Source: Mobula hypostoma
Taxonomy: Eukaryota
Reading direction: 5' to 3'
Length of the DNA stretch: 64,000 nucleotides
Assembly: GCF_963921235.1 (NCBI RefSeq)
Contig: NC_086097.1
Coordinates: forward strand, 37,140,001-37,204,000
The notes below the pieces were generated by a model. It saw only the letters and a list, made by a program, of their open reading frames with translations. It did no database searches and had not been told where the DNA came from. A program made the position numbers and the translations under genes. This document shows positions 38,645-50,799 of the stretch, piece after piece (position 1 is the stretch's first letter; the number at the start of each line of letters is the position of its first letter).

Positions 38645-39330
38645 TAGTAGTCATAGTCATACTTTATTGATCCCGGAGGAAATTGGTTTTCGTTACAGTT
38701 GCACCATAAATAATAAATAGTAATAAAACCAGAAATAGTTAAATAGTAATATGTAAATTATGCCAGGAAATAAGTCCAGGACCAGCCTACTGGCTCAGGA
38801 TGTCTGACCCTCTAAGGGAGGAGTTGTAAAGTTTGATGGCCACAGGCAGGAATGACTTCCTATGACGCTCTGTGTTGCATCTCGGTGGAATGAGTCTCTG
38901 GCTGAATGTACTCCTGTGCTCTACCAGTACATTATGTAGTGGATGGGAGACATTGTCCAAGATGGCATGCAACTTGGACAGCATCCTCTTTTCAGACACC
39001 ACTGTCAGAGAGTCCAGTTCCATCCCCACAACATCACTGGCCTTACGAATGAGTTTGTTGATTCTGTTGGTGTCTGCTACCCTCAGCCTGCTGCCCCAGC
39101 ACACACCAGCAAACATGACAGCACTGGCCACCACAGACTCGTAGAACATCCTCAGCATCATCTGGCAGATGTTAAAGGACCTCAGTCTCCTCAGGAAATA
39201 GAGACGGCTCTGACCCTTCTTGTAGACAGCCTCAGTGTTCTTTGACCAGTCCAGTTTATTGTCAATTCGTATCTCCAGATATTTGTAATCCTCCACCATG
39301 TCCACCCTGACCCCCGGATGGAAACAGGGG
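38645..39330 (-). mobile_element. Rex1/Babar-like family B 3' fragment
   Basis: ORF 38787-39305 (YKYLEIRIDNKLDWS..GQSRLYFLRRL..RKSFLPVAIKLYN); tail gtcatagtcatac; near-identical to 24968-25660. Confidence 0.9.
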
Positions 39331-39354
39331 TAAGTAGCTTCATTGTAAAGCTAT

Positions 39355-40628
39355 GGTACCAGCTTATTACTTTAGTCCCGCCCACTGCTTTTGCCTCCAC
39401 GACCCAAAAGACCCAGAAGACTTCTGGGGCAACAGGAGGCACCGGGTCTCTGTTGCAGTCCCAAGGCTTCCGATCCTGAAGAGCAATCAGTCACTGGTGT
39501 GTATGCGCACCCAGCTAGTGGCTTTCCACCTCAGGACCCTGCAGAGATACCTGTACAGCAACCATCCTCCAAGTTGGCATGCGCTAGCGACGCACTTTCT
39601 CAGCCAGGGAGGCTGCCTGCAGGACGGCACAGAGCTTCCAGCAGATAGCATCAGACACACCATTTTGAGGGATCTACCTCACTTCCACCGGGAGCTGTTA
39701 AGGGTATGGTGTCCAGCCTTATACAGACAGGTGCTCCTGTGCCGGTGGGAGGTGGTGCTGTAGCTGTGAGGGGTCTGGTCTCCATCCCATCAAGGTGGGT
39801 GTCGAGGGGGCTGGAGAATTGGAGGGGTTCCAGGTGTACAACCACCTGATCGGCTGGAATTGCCTGTCGGACCCAGGCCTCAGGATACCACATGGGACAG
39901 GGTGCCACACAGCATGAGCCGTCTCACGGGATGCCTGCTGTGCTCTTCCGTGACGCTCCAAATTATTTCTTGTTTGGGCTGTTCTTGCACACCTTGGTGA
40001 TCTGTTTTACCGTCTGGCAGCAGAGGAGGTCCCCACTGGAAATCTCCTTACGCAGAGGTCCTTCCCCTGGGGACCCGGGGAGGTAGGCACTACTGTGCAA
40101 CAGGTTTTTAAGCTGGTTCACTGACACCCCGTCCACCTGTCCATTCTGTGACTGGGAGGAGACAGTGTACTGCGCTTATATGGTGTGTAAGAGGTTGCAG
40201 CCCCTGACTGAGTATCTGAAGGGGCTGCTGCTCAGGTTCTGGTTGCACTTCAGCCCTGCACTCCTTATATACGGGCACCCAGTACAGAAGGGGGTGGGTC
40301 AGGGGGGGAGGATTTACTGGTGGGCTTGCTCTTGGGCCTGGCCAAGATAGCCATTCATGGGACCAGGCAGCAGAAAGTCAAGGGCTCTGCCAGGGCCAAA
40401 TGCCTGTCCCTCTTCCGAGGATACGTGTGTGCCCAGCTGTCCTTGGAGAGGGAGCATGCAGTCACAATGGGAACAGTGGGGGACTTCAGGGAGCAGGGAA
40501 TTGACTGTTTTATAGGCAATAGTAATCATATTTTAAGTTGAATTTATTCACTGCCTTGTAAATACTTAATGTTTGTACTTTGTGTATTTGCTGTATAAAT
40601 AAACTTCTATAGTTTTGTTAATAAAAAG
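39355..40628 (+). mobile_element. Tx1-type (L1 clade) LINE 3' part
   Basis: GC-rich. CPFCDWEETVYCAYMVCKRLQPL zinc-finger-like motif, LLLGLAKIAIH, AATAAAAA before (AG)n. Confidence 0.75.
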
Positions 40629-41571
40629 AGAGAGAGAGACACTCTTTTTGTGTCCGTTGTTGCACTAGTTCTGTGAAAACACTCAGGAGATTGTAATTCT
40701 TTATCACTAACCTTATCAGAATTGTCCATAGGCCTAGGCTTAGAATCCTCCTCTTCCTTCTCACACCTCCTCTTCAAAAATTGCCACACTCGACTGTCTT
40801 TAGAATGAAATTTCCCTTCAATTTTCTACTACACCAGTAGAATTTGTTTGATCCCATAAGTCAGACGGCAGCACGCAAGGGGAAGTTGGGAGAGGTAATT
40901 CAAGAGGAAGAGGCTGACATCACAGCTCAAGTTGAGTGAGTCCATTCAATACTCGGAAAACAGACTTAACATTCCTCATCAGCCTACCATCCTCCCCTCC
41001 ATGCAATAGAACTCTCATTAGCCTACCATCCTCTATTCCGTGTAATACAGCACTCACAGATTATCAACAGCCTCTCCTATCTCGCGACAAAAACTGAGAA
41101 TGAACACGTCTTACTGCACACTGCCATACTGGGCCGAGAGACCCCTGACGAGATCGCTAACTGGGCTACTTGGTCACTACCCACTGATGCCAGCGCTAGC
41201 ATCGCACATTGCGCAAAGTTCGAAAAACAATGTTTATTTTTCTATCGTGATCTTTCGCGGAACCCCTAGTAATCTCTCATGGGACCCGAGGGTTCCACGG
41301 AACCCCGGTTGAGATACCCCGGTGTAGAGAATATAATTTGTTATTTTGTAATATTTTCATGGTAGTTTTTTTAAATCAGTGCTTGCCAATCATCTTTGAG
41401 GAATGATGGTCAAAAATGTCAAAATTTAAAAGCCAGGAAACAAAACCACAATTTCTTTGGAAGATACGTCATTGATCTAGTACACAATCTAGTACTTCTG
41501 AGAAAGACTTATTTACGTACTCAATATTAGGAAAATAGGCAGACAAATTATTATGTGAATTTATTCCTTAC

Positions 41572-41693
41572 CCCCTTGCTTCAAGTAGCTCATATTCTGG
41601 AACTTCTGGTCCACATATTTCCATCTGTAATGGTTGATATATGTACAAAGCCTCTTCTATCTTTGGTACGGGCTGCAAAGATATTTGCTGACC
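41572..41693 (-). CDS. MNAT1: MNAT1 coding exon (equivalent to human exon 7), C-terminal region
   Basis: ttttgtaaacAG|GGTCAG...GCAAGGGG|GTAAG; 122 bp, phase 0/2. Translates [41 protein letters not shown], cf. recalled human [41 protein letters not shown]. In frame with the previous exon. Confidence 0.96.
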
Positions 41694-41899
41694 CTGTTTA
41701 CAAAATATATTGCACATTAGGAATAATTTTCAAAAAAATAAATTCATGTTTAAAAGTTTGAAGCACCAGTGTCAATATGCCACTATTATAACTGAAATAT
41801 AAAGCTATGGACTGCTTTGTGGAAATTGCCTAAACAAAGATGATAATATACAATTTAAAGACATTTACTTAGTGACCAAGATTTTCCACCAAAATTATC

Positions 41900-42290
41900 A
41901 GAATCAAGTTTATTATCACCGGCATTTGACATGAAATTTGTTAACTTAGCAGCAGCAGTTGAATGCAATACGTAATATAGAAGAAAAAAAAAACAAAAAA
42001 ATAATAAATATATCAATTACAGTACACGTATATTGAATAGATTAAAAAATATGCAAAAAACACCTGAGATTCTACCAATAATGGTTGCATCATCAGCAAA
42101 TTTATAGATGGTATTTGAGCTATGCCTAGCCACACAGTCATGTGTACCTAGAGAGTACAGCACACACCCTTGAGGTGGGCCAGTGTTGATCTTCAACGAG
42201 GAGGATGTGTTATCACCAATCAGCTCAGATTGTGGTCTTCTGGTTAGGAAGTTGAGGATCCAATTACAGAGGGAGGTACAGAGGCCCAGG
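41900..42290 (-). mobile_element. Rex/Babar-like LINE, internally deleted
   Basis: LCNWILNFLTRRPQ..GPPQGCV..YKFADD joined directly to the 3' UTR. Confidence 0.75.
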
Positions 42291-44294
42291 TATAGTAGTA
42301 CCAAATGTATGCTTGCACTCAATGGTGGGCAACAACCCCAATCCCACTCACAGGAAGTAGCAAGATAGAAGGGAGTATGGCAACAACACCTGGAGCCAGG
42401 TGCCAAACCATCAGGGTTTCTGAAAAGTTATATAGTGGGTTATCAGAGTTTTCCTATAAAGAGACAGCGTAAATAAGAAAAAGTTGAATACAATATTCAG
42501 TCACCTAGATTATAAAATGTCTAATTAAATGATAAGATGTTAATAATTAAGTTTAAATCGAATTATTGTTGAACAATGCAAGAGGCTAGGAGCTGGAAAG
42601 GCAGTGCAAAAGGCAGCTAGACGCTTAAAGCCAGAGGTGGCTGGAAACACTCAGTACTGCTCACTCATTCTGCAGATGGCTTCCACAATGTAAAGGGGAA
42701 GAGAATAAACTAAACCTAAGTCTAGGTATAAGCTATGTGAACAACTAAGAAAGTCGTTCACATATCCTTTACCCAGTAACAGAGTTGTCAAAGGAGAGAA
42801 GAGAATTGCCAGAGATGTGCAATACGAAAGGGAACAGGAAGGTGTAAATTGAAAGAAGGTTGATAAAATTTCTCAGTGCTGGTGAACAGGAAATAAGTGC
42901 TGCACATTTTACATAAAAGACAGACATTGCTTGGATCCATATGGGTTCCGTAGTAGGTTATGTATGAATAAAGTAAAAGGCAACGTAAGAACAAAGTCCA
43001 CCAGGAGAGCAAGATAAGGAATGGTTGAGTTTCCCTTTAAGGCAGAAACAAGAGACTTGCAGGGTGAAGGCCAAAGGATGAAAGACCTTCTTGTATACTA
43101 AATACATCCATTTTGTTGAAGGTCCATTCACGCAAATTTAACTTTTAACTAGCAATAAACAATTGGAAAAATGAATTTAGAAAGCACAAATTGATTATTT
43201 AACCCTATTTAATGCCTGCAACTATGTTTGTCAACAAAACTGTCTTTAACATAAAGTAATTGATTTCCTGTACTATCAGTCACAAACCTGAAGAAGGCTT
43301 GTTTATATATGCGCATTCAAGCATGGCAATATGTAGTGCACTAGTCTTCTGGAAAATTTAAAATGCATTTTCTAGCGCACTCCTTTAAGGTAATAGGGTC
43401 TAATTTATCAATATCTTGAGGTCATTTCAAGGCTAATTCCTCAGGAACATTCTGAGGTGATGTTAGAGAATAACCAATTCTTTGTTCACTTGCAGAGAGC
43501 TATATTTATATGTTAACGTTTTTCTACCAAAGACCTCATACAGTTTTCAAAGATAAAATGGAAGTAGCTACAGAATTTTGAGTTGTGAAAACCACGCCAC
43601 GTTTTTTTTTATTAATGTTTTCTTTTCTTAAGAGAGGTTTCTAAGGAAGCAGTGATACTCAAATATTATTTTATAACTTTAAAAAAGCAGATTGCTGGAT
43701 AAAATTTGGTTTTGTATGAATAGATACATGGTCTACACAACAATTAAAGACCTGACATCTGCTCAGAACATAAGGTTGACTTCCATTGTGTGAATATTAT
43801 AGTTATTTTTGCAAATTACATAGAACAGTAGTGACATCTCGGACTCTTGCTTAATCATGTTGCTAACCTACTCACCAACTTCACTTTCACTCATTGAAAA
43901 TTAAATAGAGTTTTAAAAAATACAAGAAAAACCTCCAAATGTGCTTTCAATGCTGTACCCCTGTTTAGGCAAGTTAAATATCTTATTCCAAAGGTGTGTC
44001 TGCAATGCTCAAGAAAATCACACAGACTGAAATGGACTCAGATGAATGGGGGCAGGGAGAAATCTTTGTAAGATGACTTTCAGCTGACAGGGCGAACACA
44101 TGCAGCAGCTGCAATAACAATGCTGTTCAACTGAATGCCTTCAGAAACAAAAGAGCCACAGTAAAAAAACAGAATTGTTGCTAAGTTAGCTTAACTTTCT
44201 CAAGAATTACACAAAATTATTTCTTTTTTGATAAAATTAATAAAATAAATTTATACACTGATGGTAAGCCATTATTGCACTCTATGTGTTCATC

Positions 44295-44567
44295 AGTCAT
44301 GGGTCAGTTGAGAGCAGATCCTCCTCTATTCAGAATTGAGATTTCTTCCCTTTTCAGAGATTTGAGCACAAAGATCGGCGCTATTACACGAACATACATT
44401 AGGAAATGATGTCCTTTTGGATGAGGCAAGATACAGCTGCCCTACCTTGCCTTACAGAAGGATGTAAACTATGTCATATCATTATATAAAGAGCAACAGC
44501 AAGTTATTACTAGCATCCCAATCCCCGACCCCCCCCCGCCCACCTCAATCAGCATCACCAAATCAGA
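44295..44567 (+). mobile_element. Ancient SINE resembling Deu-domain SINEs (SacSINE1/AmnSINE1-like)
   Basis: gtccttttggatgaggcaag...ggatgtaaactatgtcat...aaagagcaacagcaagtt...cacctcaatcagcatcaccaaatcagat resembles the recalled Deu core GTCTTTCGGATGAGACG..GGACGTAAAAGATCCCATGGCAC..GAAGAGCAGGGGAGTT. Confidence 0.5.
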
Positions 44568-44569
44568 TG

Positions 44570-44700
44570 GAGAAACAAGAAACTACAGATGCTGTAGGCT
44601 AAAGCAAAAGCAAGCTGCCAGAGGAACTCAACAAATCAAGCAGCATCTGTGGAGGAAAAGAATCAGATAGCACTTTGTTTCAAACCCCTGAATCAGGATG
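44570..44700 (-). mobile_element. Old PLE terminal-repeat remnant
   Basis: aaacaagaaactacagatgctg...gaggaactcaacaaatcaagcagcatctgtgg...aatcaggat. Confidence 0.6.
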
Positions 44701-45527
44701 CAAATAGAAGTGGTTCATTTAAAAAGATTAATTCCATTTAAAAGTTCATTGAAGTGGTTCACTTACGTATTTAAGAGTGTTAAAACTTTGTTACCTTTTC
44801 ACATTTAAATGGGAACCATTTAGAAAAATCTTACAGTCCACAAGTAAAATGTTGGAAATAAATAAGAACAGAAAATGCTGGAAAAATTCAGATTTTTCTC
44901 AAGTGTAATGAAAAGTTATCAAACTGGCATTTGCAGATTTTATCTCCACACAGCTAGCCTGACACTGAGAATTTCCAGCACAGCGTACAGTACATACTTA
45001 AATTTTATTTACAGAACCAAAATAAATCTTTAATCCTACTATTTAATACTGCAAACATTAAGGAACTGCTTCTCGCAGCATTTCAAACTAATTGACATCT
45101 CAGGAAAATTATACAGAGAATTAAAAGAGTTTGCCACCTTGGGATTCTAGAAAATACATTCATTTTAAAAACGACCAGTACAAAGTCTATCCACTTCATG
45201 ATAGGTTTGAACCATGCCAGTTGTTTTTCACTAAGGCAGTGGTGCCATCAGCATTTACATAAAATTGCATAACAATGTAGTATTTTCCTCATTTATTTGT
45301 GGGAAAATGAAAAGCCCTCATAACCATTCAAACTCCTGGAAAACCTTGACAACTAATGACAGTTCTGCCCACTCCTATGTTGATATAGCTCGCTATTTAC
45401 ATTTCCTCCACACAGAGTAACAGCCATTAACAAACCTTCACCAATTGCTTTTCAGTCAACTCCAGTGGAATCATCCTTCTGACTAAATACTTGGAATGCA
45501 ACCTTGTCATAATTACCATCTTATTTC

Positions 45528-46082
45528 AAAGCAACACACACAAAATGCTGGAGGAATTCAGCAGGTCAGGCAGCACCTATGGAAAAGAGTAAACATTCGA
45601 CATTTCGGGTCGAGACCCTTCTTTATTACTGAGGAGGAAGGGGAAAGACGTCAGATTAAAAAGGTGGGGAGGGGAAAAAGACTAGCTGGAAGGTGATAAG
45701 TGAAGCCAGATGGATGGGAAAGGTCATAATCTGATAGGAGAGGAGAGTGGACAATAGAAGAAAGAGAAGGAGGAGGGGACCCAGGAAGAAGTAATAGGCA
45801 GGTGAGAAGTAGTAAAGACTCAGTGGAGAACAGAGGATGGGAGTGCAGGCAAATTTGTTCATCAGAAGGAAAGATCAATATTCATGCCATCAGGTTACAG
45901 GGTACCCAGACAGAACCTAGAGTGTTGCTCCTCCTTGAGGGTGGCCTCATCTTAGCACAAGAGAAGGCCATGGAATGACACATTGGAACAGGTGTGGGAA
46001 TCTAAATTAAAATGTTTGGCCACTGTGAAGTCCCACTTGTGGCAGATGGTGCAGAGGTGCCCAACAAAAGGGTTCCTCAACT
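45528..46082 (-). mobile_element. PLE 3' fragment
   Basis: gcaacacacacaaaatgctggaggaattcagcagg...ttcatgccatcagg..acccagac, collinear with 14052-14660. Confidence 0.8.
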
Positions 46083-46099
46083 TATTTCGACAGAGAGAC

Positions 46100-47690
46100 A
46101 CGTGTAAGACCACTAAGACGCAAGCACAAAAATCACTATGCGAAGAAGATTAATCACAGAGTTGCTGGAGAACACTGGGGTAACAACCATCTAACATTAT
46201 TATATCCATTGGCCAGGCCACTAGACCAAAGCAGCAACAAAATACTGCCAAAAGAAGAAACTCAAATGTTGAAGGTCTCAAAGACAGTTGCAGTCAGCAC
46301 TCACAGACAGCCTGACAACTCACAAACAGCAGCAGCTGCAGAGCATCCACAGAGCCTGCAGGTCCACCACAATTAGCACCTGTGAAAAGATGTTTTGGCT
46401 CCACTACCAGAAAATACTACTTTTGATTTGATGTGAATAACCAGGAGATCCAGGAGCTAATTGATCACAAAAGACATTACAAGATTGCAGGGAAATAAAT
46501 AGTTCCATTAGCACCTGATGCAGAGGACTAACTGAATAACTCATGCGCTTAAGAATGAAGGGTGGATGGAGAAGTGCAGATGATGCAGCAAGTTACCGAC
46601 TACTATGATGTGTGCGCATTCTTCAAAACCAGCTGAGGACCAAACACTCAGGGTCCACGCACTAAGAGTCAAGAATGAATGAAAGCTCATCAGAGAGAAG
46701 TGGGCAGTCATCACCCACTGAAGAAGCATTTTGAAGATCTCCTCAATGAAGATCTGTTCTTGCAACAAGTTCACTTGACTCCATTTGACGAAACAAGATC
46801 ATATGAGACCTTGCCAGATACAAAACAACGAAGCCTCAGGAGCAGTGGTATCCCTACAGATGTTCTAATACTTCTGACATTGCCTCTTTCTCCTCATCTG
46901 GGAGGTGGGCATAAAAAATATGGTCTTCAGAAATGCTATAATCTGATCTTCACAACAGGACACTAATCAGACTCTAACTACAAAAGAAAAGTCTCTGCAA
47001 TGAAGATCATAAGGATGCTCCTGAACAGTCTCCTCAGTGGCTGAAGAGCCTTTCCACAGGACATAACCCATCAAAAATCACAATAAACTTGACCTTCATA
47101 TGATACAAAACAAAAAAAGCAGAGAATATTGTCAACAATGGCCTTTTTCAACAGTACAAAAGATTTGAACCTGCCAACTAATAGTTATCAAGCGAAATCC
47201 TTCTCAAATTTATCTGGCCTCAAAAATGTATCTGCATTCTTTGTCAAGGCATTGTGCTAACTAAAAGATCAATAGACTCAATACCCATACACACAAGGGC
47301 CAGGCAAAACTGTAACATTGCTCCAACTCTGTTCTCAATCTCTCTCCCAGTGCTGGAGGCAAGCTAATCTACTTTAAAACCAAGCTCTACTCTAAAATCA
47401 AGGTCACCCAGCCACAGTTAATGAGCTGCTGCATGTAAACAGTGCTTGTATGCATGCACACTCAGATCAAGCCCCAAGTTTTTGTTGATGTATTTATTGA
47501 AACATATACAAGGGGCTTTACAGTGAACATTCATTCTCCACCAAACTTCAGAGCAACCAACCCTCAACCTTGCCAGCCACAACTCAATACAATTCTATGC
47601 CTACATATTGAAAAGTATGAACTATTTTCCATATTGCAAGTGTCACTTAGTGAAAGCAGATATATTGTAGCTAATGAAATTCACTACCGA
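46100..47690 (+). mobile_element. Ancient RTE-clade LINE remnant
   Basis: ..FDVNNQEIQELIDHK.., ..KHFEDLLN.., QNCNIAPTLFSI; many stops. Confidence 0.55.
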
Positions 47691-47789
47691 CTCACATTAT
47701 TAATTTACTGCTCTTTAGAACTAGTACATATGAAATACAGCCTGATATGAATATACTTCCTCAGTGCTAAACGAGATGACCACACTTTG

Positions 47790-48185
47790 CGGCGGAATAC
47801 TCTCTTTTGGAACTCTGCATTTCATGCTCAGTGTGTATCTGTTTTCTCTTTTTTGCTATTTTCACTATTTGATCGAGGCGCTTTGGCGTGGAACTGACTC
47901 TGTGGCTGAGGCCTGCAATCATTAACACAGCACATAACTGAAATGACCCAGCGGCTGTCGCTCATGGACCGTTTCAGGGCTCTGCAGTTTGATGTTTAAT
48001 ATTTTGTATGTTATTTGCTCGTTTTTTCCTGTTTGCACAATTTGTTTTTTTCTTTTGCGCGAAGGATGTTTGCTGTTTCCTTTAAATGGGTTCCATGGTT
48101 TTTCTAGGATTCATGGCTGCCTGCATAAGGATGAATCTCAGGGTTGTATACTGTATACATACTTTGATAATAAATGTACTTTGAA
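47790..48185 (+). mobile_element. Short non-autonomous element with Rex-like 3' end
   Basis: Ends catactttgataataaatgtactttgaa; CpG-containing head. Confidence 0.5.
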
Positions 48186-49698
48186 ATCTCATTTGACAAG
48201 TCTAGAAACAACTGCCAACCAACTTAACAGCCAGCAAATGAATTGTTTCTCACTGAATTATTGCACCTCAAATAACAAGAGAAATAACAATATCCAGAAT
48301 ACCAATGCATTAATAAAAAGCACTGAGCCTCAGATAGGGAAAAATAAGTAAACCTGCAGGGAACGGAAAAAAATTAAAGTTAAGATGTATTTAATGTACT
48401 CTCAACAGACTAAGCAGAAAATAAACCACACTGTGTTTAACATTATCATCAGCACAGATGTTCATAAATTTTGACGTGTTTTTCCCACTCACTGAATGTC
48501 CCAGAAGGATTGCAAAACAGAGAAAACACCAAATAGCTGAAAGTGCAATAATTTTTCCTGGAAATTATACTTATTTCCTGTTCAGTTAATGGCTGAATGC
48601 ATAAAAAATGTTATTAAAATTAATGGTAACTTAACTATGATTAATTTACATTTTGCACAAATATTAAAAGTGAAATAACTGCTAAATTCATTTGGTTTAT
48701 ACTCGTCTCATAAATGCTTACTATCGACAATGACTCGACCTTGGCATGCATGGAAGTGCCAAGTGGCTGATGATAAGCGACAGCTTTAATGATGAATGGG
48801 TTAAAATACAGTTGTTATTATGGAAAAATGTATAAAATGTACAATTATATACTAGGACGTTTGTTGGGGCTGTATTTTTACATCTACTTAGTATTCCACC
48901 AGTTGCCAATACACATGTTGGTGCCAATCAGACATTTGCTGCAACACTTAGCAAAACCTAATTAATCATTGCAGCCTGTTCCTCCTTTCACAAATCTGGC
49001 CGTTTTCCAGTAAGTCAGACTTTTTCAAATCAGTTCAATCCTTTTCAGCAAGCATTCAAATGTTTAAAAATAATATGATCAATGACCTACATAACAGTAG
49101 ATTTTCTGTGGTTATATCCTACTACTTTTTTTGTCTCAGAGACAAGATAGTAATGGCTCGAGGCTTGTCATATACATTCATTCCATTGACCTCTGAAATG
49201 ACCTATGCAAAGGCAGTCATGCATTGCACTATGGTATAAATCTTCACAGACAAGTAAAACCTGTTCTGTTTGGCATGAAGCCCTCTAGCTGTAAAAGCTA
49301 CTCACATTTATGGAGGCGAGTAAGAAGGGGCTACATTTACAGAGCACATATCATTCAACATGTAGCACACTTTGCACTATTAAAAAAAAACAATGATTAG
49401 ATGAATACATTTTACTTAAAAGAACCAACTCAACAAATAGACACAAAATAACTGAAACATCTATTTAACCACTAGGTGTTCAAACTTCCCTATTTTTCAA
49501 AATTTTTACATATATGTACACCTTGAAATGAGTTTACAAGGTATATTATAAAATTGTTTACAATATATCATTGACTCAATGCTCATACACTGAAAACTGT
49601 GAAACAGTGTACTAAGTGTTATTTTTCCAATTATTATTTCCAGTTATTATTTGATTATGGAACATATTCTAATTCCAAAAAGGTAACTTTTCTACAAT

Positions 49699-49903
49699 CA
49701 TCATAGTTGCTGGTGAACGCGGCAGGCCAGGCAGCATCTGTAGGAAGAGGTGCAGTCGACGTTTCAGGCCGAGACCCTTCGTCAGGACTCGGCCTGAAAC
49801 GTCGACTGCACCTCTTCCTATAGATACTGCCTGGCCTGCTGCATTCACCAGCAACTTTGATGTGTGTTGCTTGAATTTCCAGTATCTGCAGAATTCCTGT
49901 TGT
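49699..49903. mobile_element. PLE terminal-repeat fold-back insertion
   Basis: Arms 49699-49773 and 49788-49862 inverted, 14-nt spacer, ~41-nt tail on the right. Perfect 15-bp TSD TAACTTTTCTACAAT (49684-49698 / 49904-49918). Confidence 0.92.
49754..49789 (-). ncRNA. Minimal hammerhead ribozyme motif, sense to MNAT1 pre-mRNA
   Basis: Minus: AGUC-CUGACGA-AGG gucucgg CCU-GAA-ACGU-C-GACU; all core positions and helix I intact. Confidence 0.72.
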
Positions 49904-50047
49904 TAACTTTTCTACAATATTTATTTTGGTGCTCGTTAAATTTTATGATTAATTATGGTGATATCTTTTAGAGTTTTTGTTTTATTTGAGAAGTATAAGA
50001 AATGAAAGAGGAAACTTAAGAGGGAAAGCAGGAGGGATAAAAGAAGG

Positions 50048-50188
50048 AGTCCTGATGAGGGGTCTCGGCCCAAAACGTCGACTGGTTACTCTTTTCCATA
50101 GATGCTGCCTGGCCTGTTGAGCTCCTCCAGCATTTTGTGTGTGTGTGTGTTGCTTGGATTTCCAGCATTTGCAGATTTTCTCTTGTTT
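50048..50188 (+). mobile_element. 141-bp PLE-end insertion starting at the hammerhead motif
   Basis: Perfect 14-bp TSD GGGATAAAAGAAGG (50034-50047 / 50189-50202). Begins AGTC-CTGATGA; GAAA mutated to AAAA; internal (TG)n. Confidence 0.88.
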
Positions 50189-50799
50189 GGGATAAAAGAA
50201 GGTGTGAGAATGCTCAGGCAAAAAAAGGTGACGTACAATCCCAAATACTTCTTTGGATATCTTGAGTAATATGATAGAAAGGGACAAAATTGGTCCTCTG
50301 GAAGATCCGCGTGGGCATCTATACATGGAGCCAAAAGAGATGGGGGAAATCTTAATATTTTTGCATCTATATTTACTCAGGACGTGGGTCACAGAATCTA
50401 TAGAACTGAGGCAAAAGAGCAGTGAGGTCATAGTTCTTATATGGAGTACAGAGGACGAGATGCTTGCTGTCTTCAGAAAAATAAGGATAGATAGATACAC
50501 AGGGACTGACAAGGTGAGCCCTTGGACCCTGTGAGAGGCTAGGGCAGAAACTGCAGCGCCTCAGCTGAGGTATTTAAAAAGTCCTTAGCCACGGGTGTGG
50601 TGCCTGAGGATTGAAGGACAGCTAATTTTGTTCCATTGTTTGAGAAAAACTCTACAAATAAATCAGGAGATTATAGGCCTGTCAACCTGATGGCAGTAGT
50701 GGGTAAGATATTGGAACGTATTTGTTGATATACTAAATTGAGTAGAAAAGCAAATTGTGCAGAAGATACAGAGAGTCTGCAGAAAGATATAGATACTTT

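Larger units (their letters stand above)
34786..41321 (-). mobile_element. hAT (Buster/Charlie-type) DNA transposon with both TIRs, interrupted by three LINEs
   Basis: TIRs CAGCCTTTCTCAACC / GGTTGAGATACCCCG; 8-bp TSD ACGTAGAG / GTGTAGAG with central TA. Transposase pieces: N-terminus 40607-40789, ..APAKLKRHL.. ~38530-38640, ..LSRGKVLNRVLEL.. ~38260-38310, 37877-38155, and dimerisation domain 35054-35416 (FSTSYMSEQALSCLTSIKNKDRN). Confidence 0.9.
1..41571 (-). other. MNAT1: Very large MNAT1 intron after the exon-7 equivalent (partial, >41.5 kb)
   Basis: GT donor at 41571-41570. No match to the terminal exon (YLNHVRAAS...DAFSGL-like) was seen down to position 1. Confidence 0.8.

Noticed and set aside
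41555..41761. 68-aa plus-strand ORF (likewise 60030-60305)
   Set aside because: Antisense to real MNAT1 exons.
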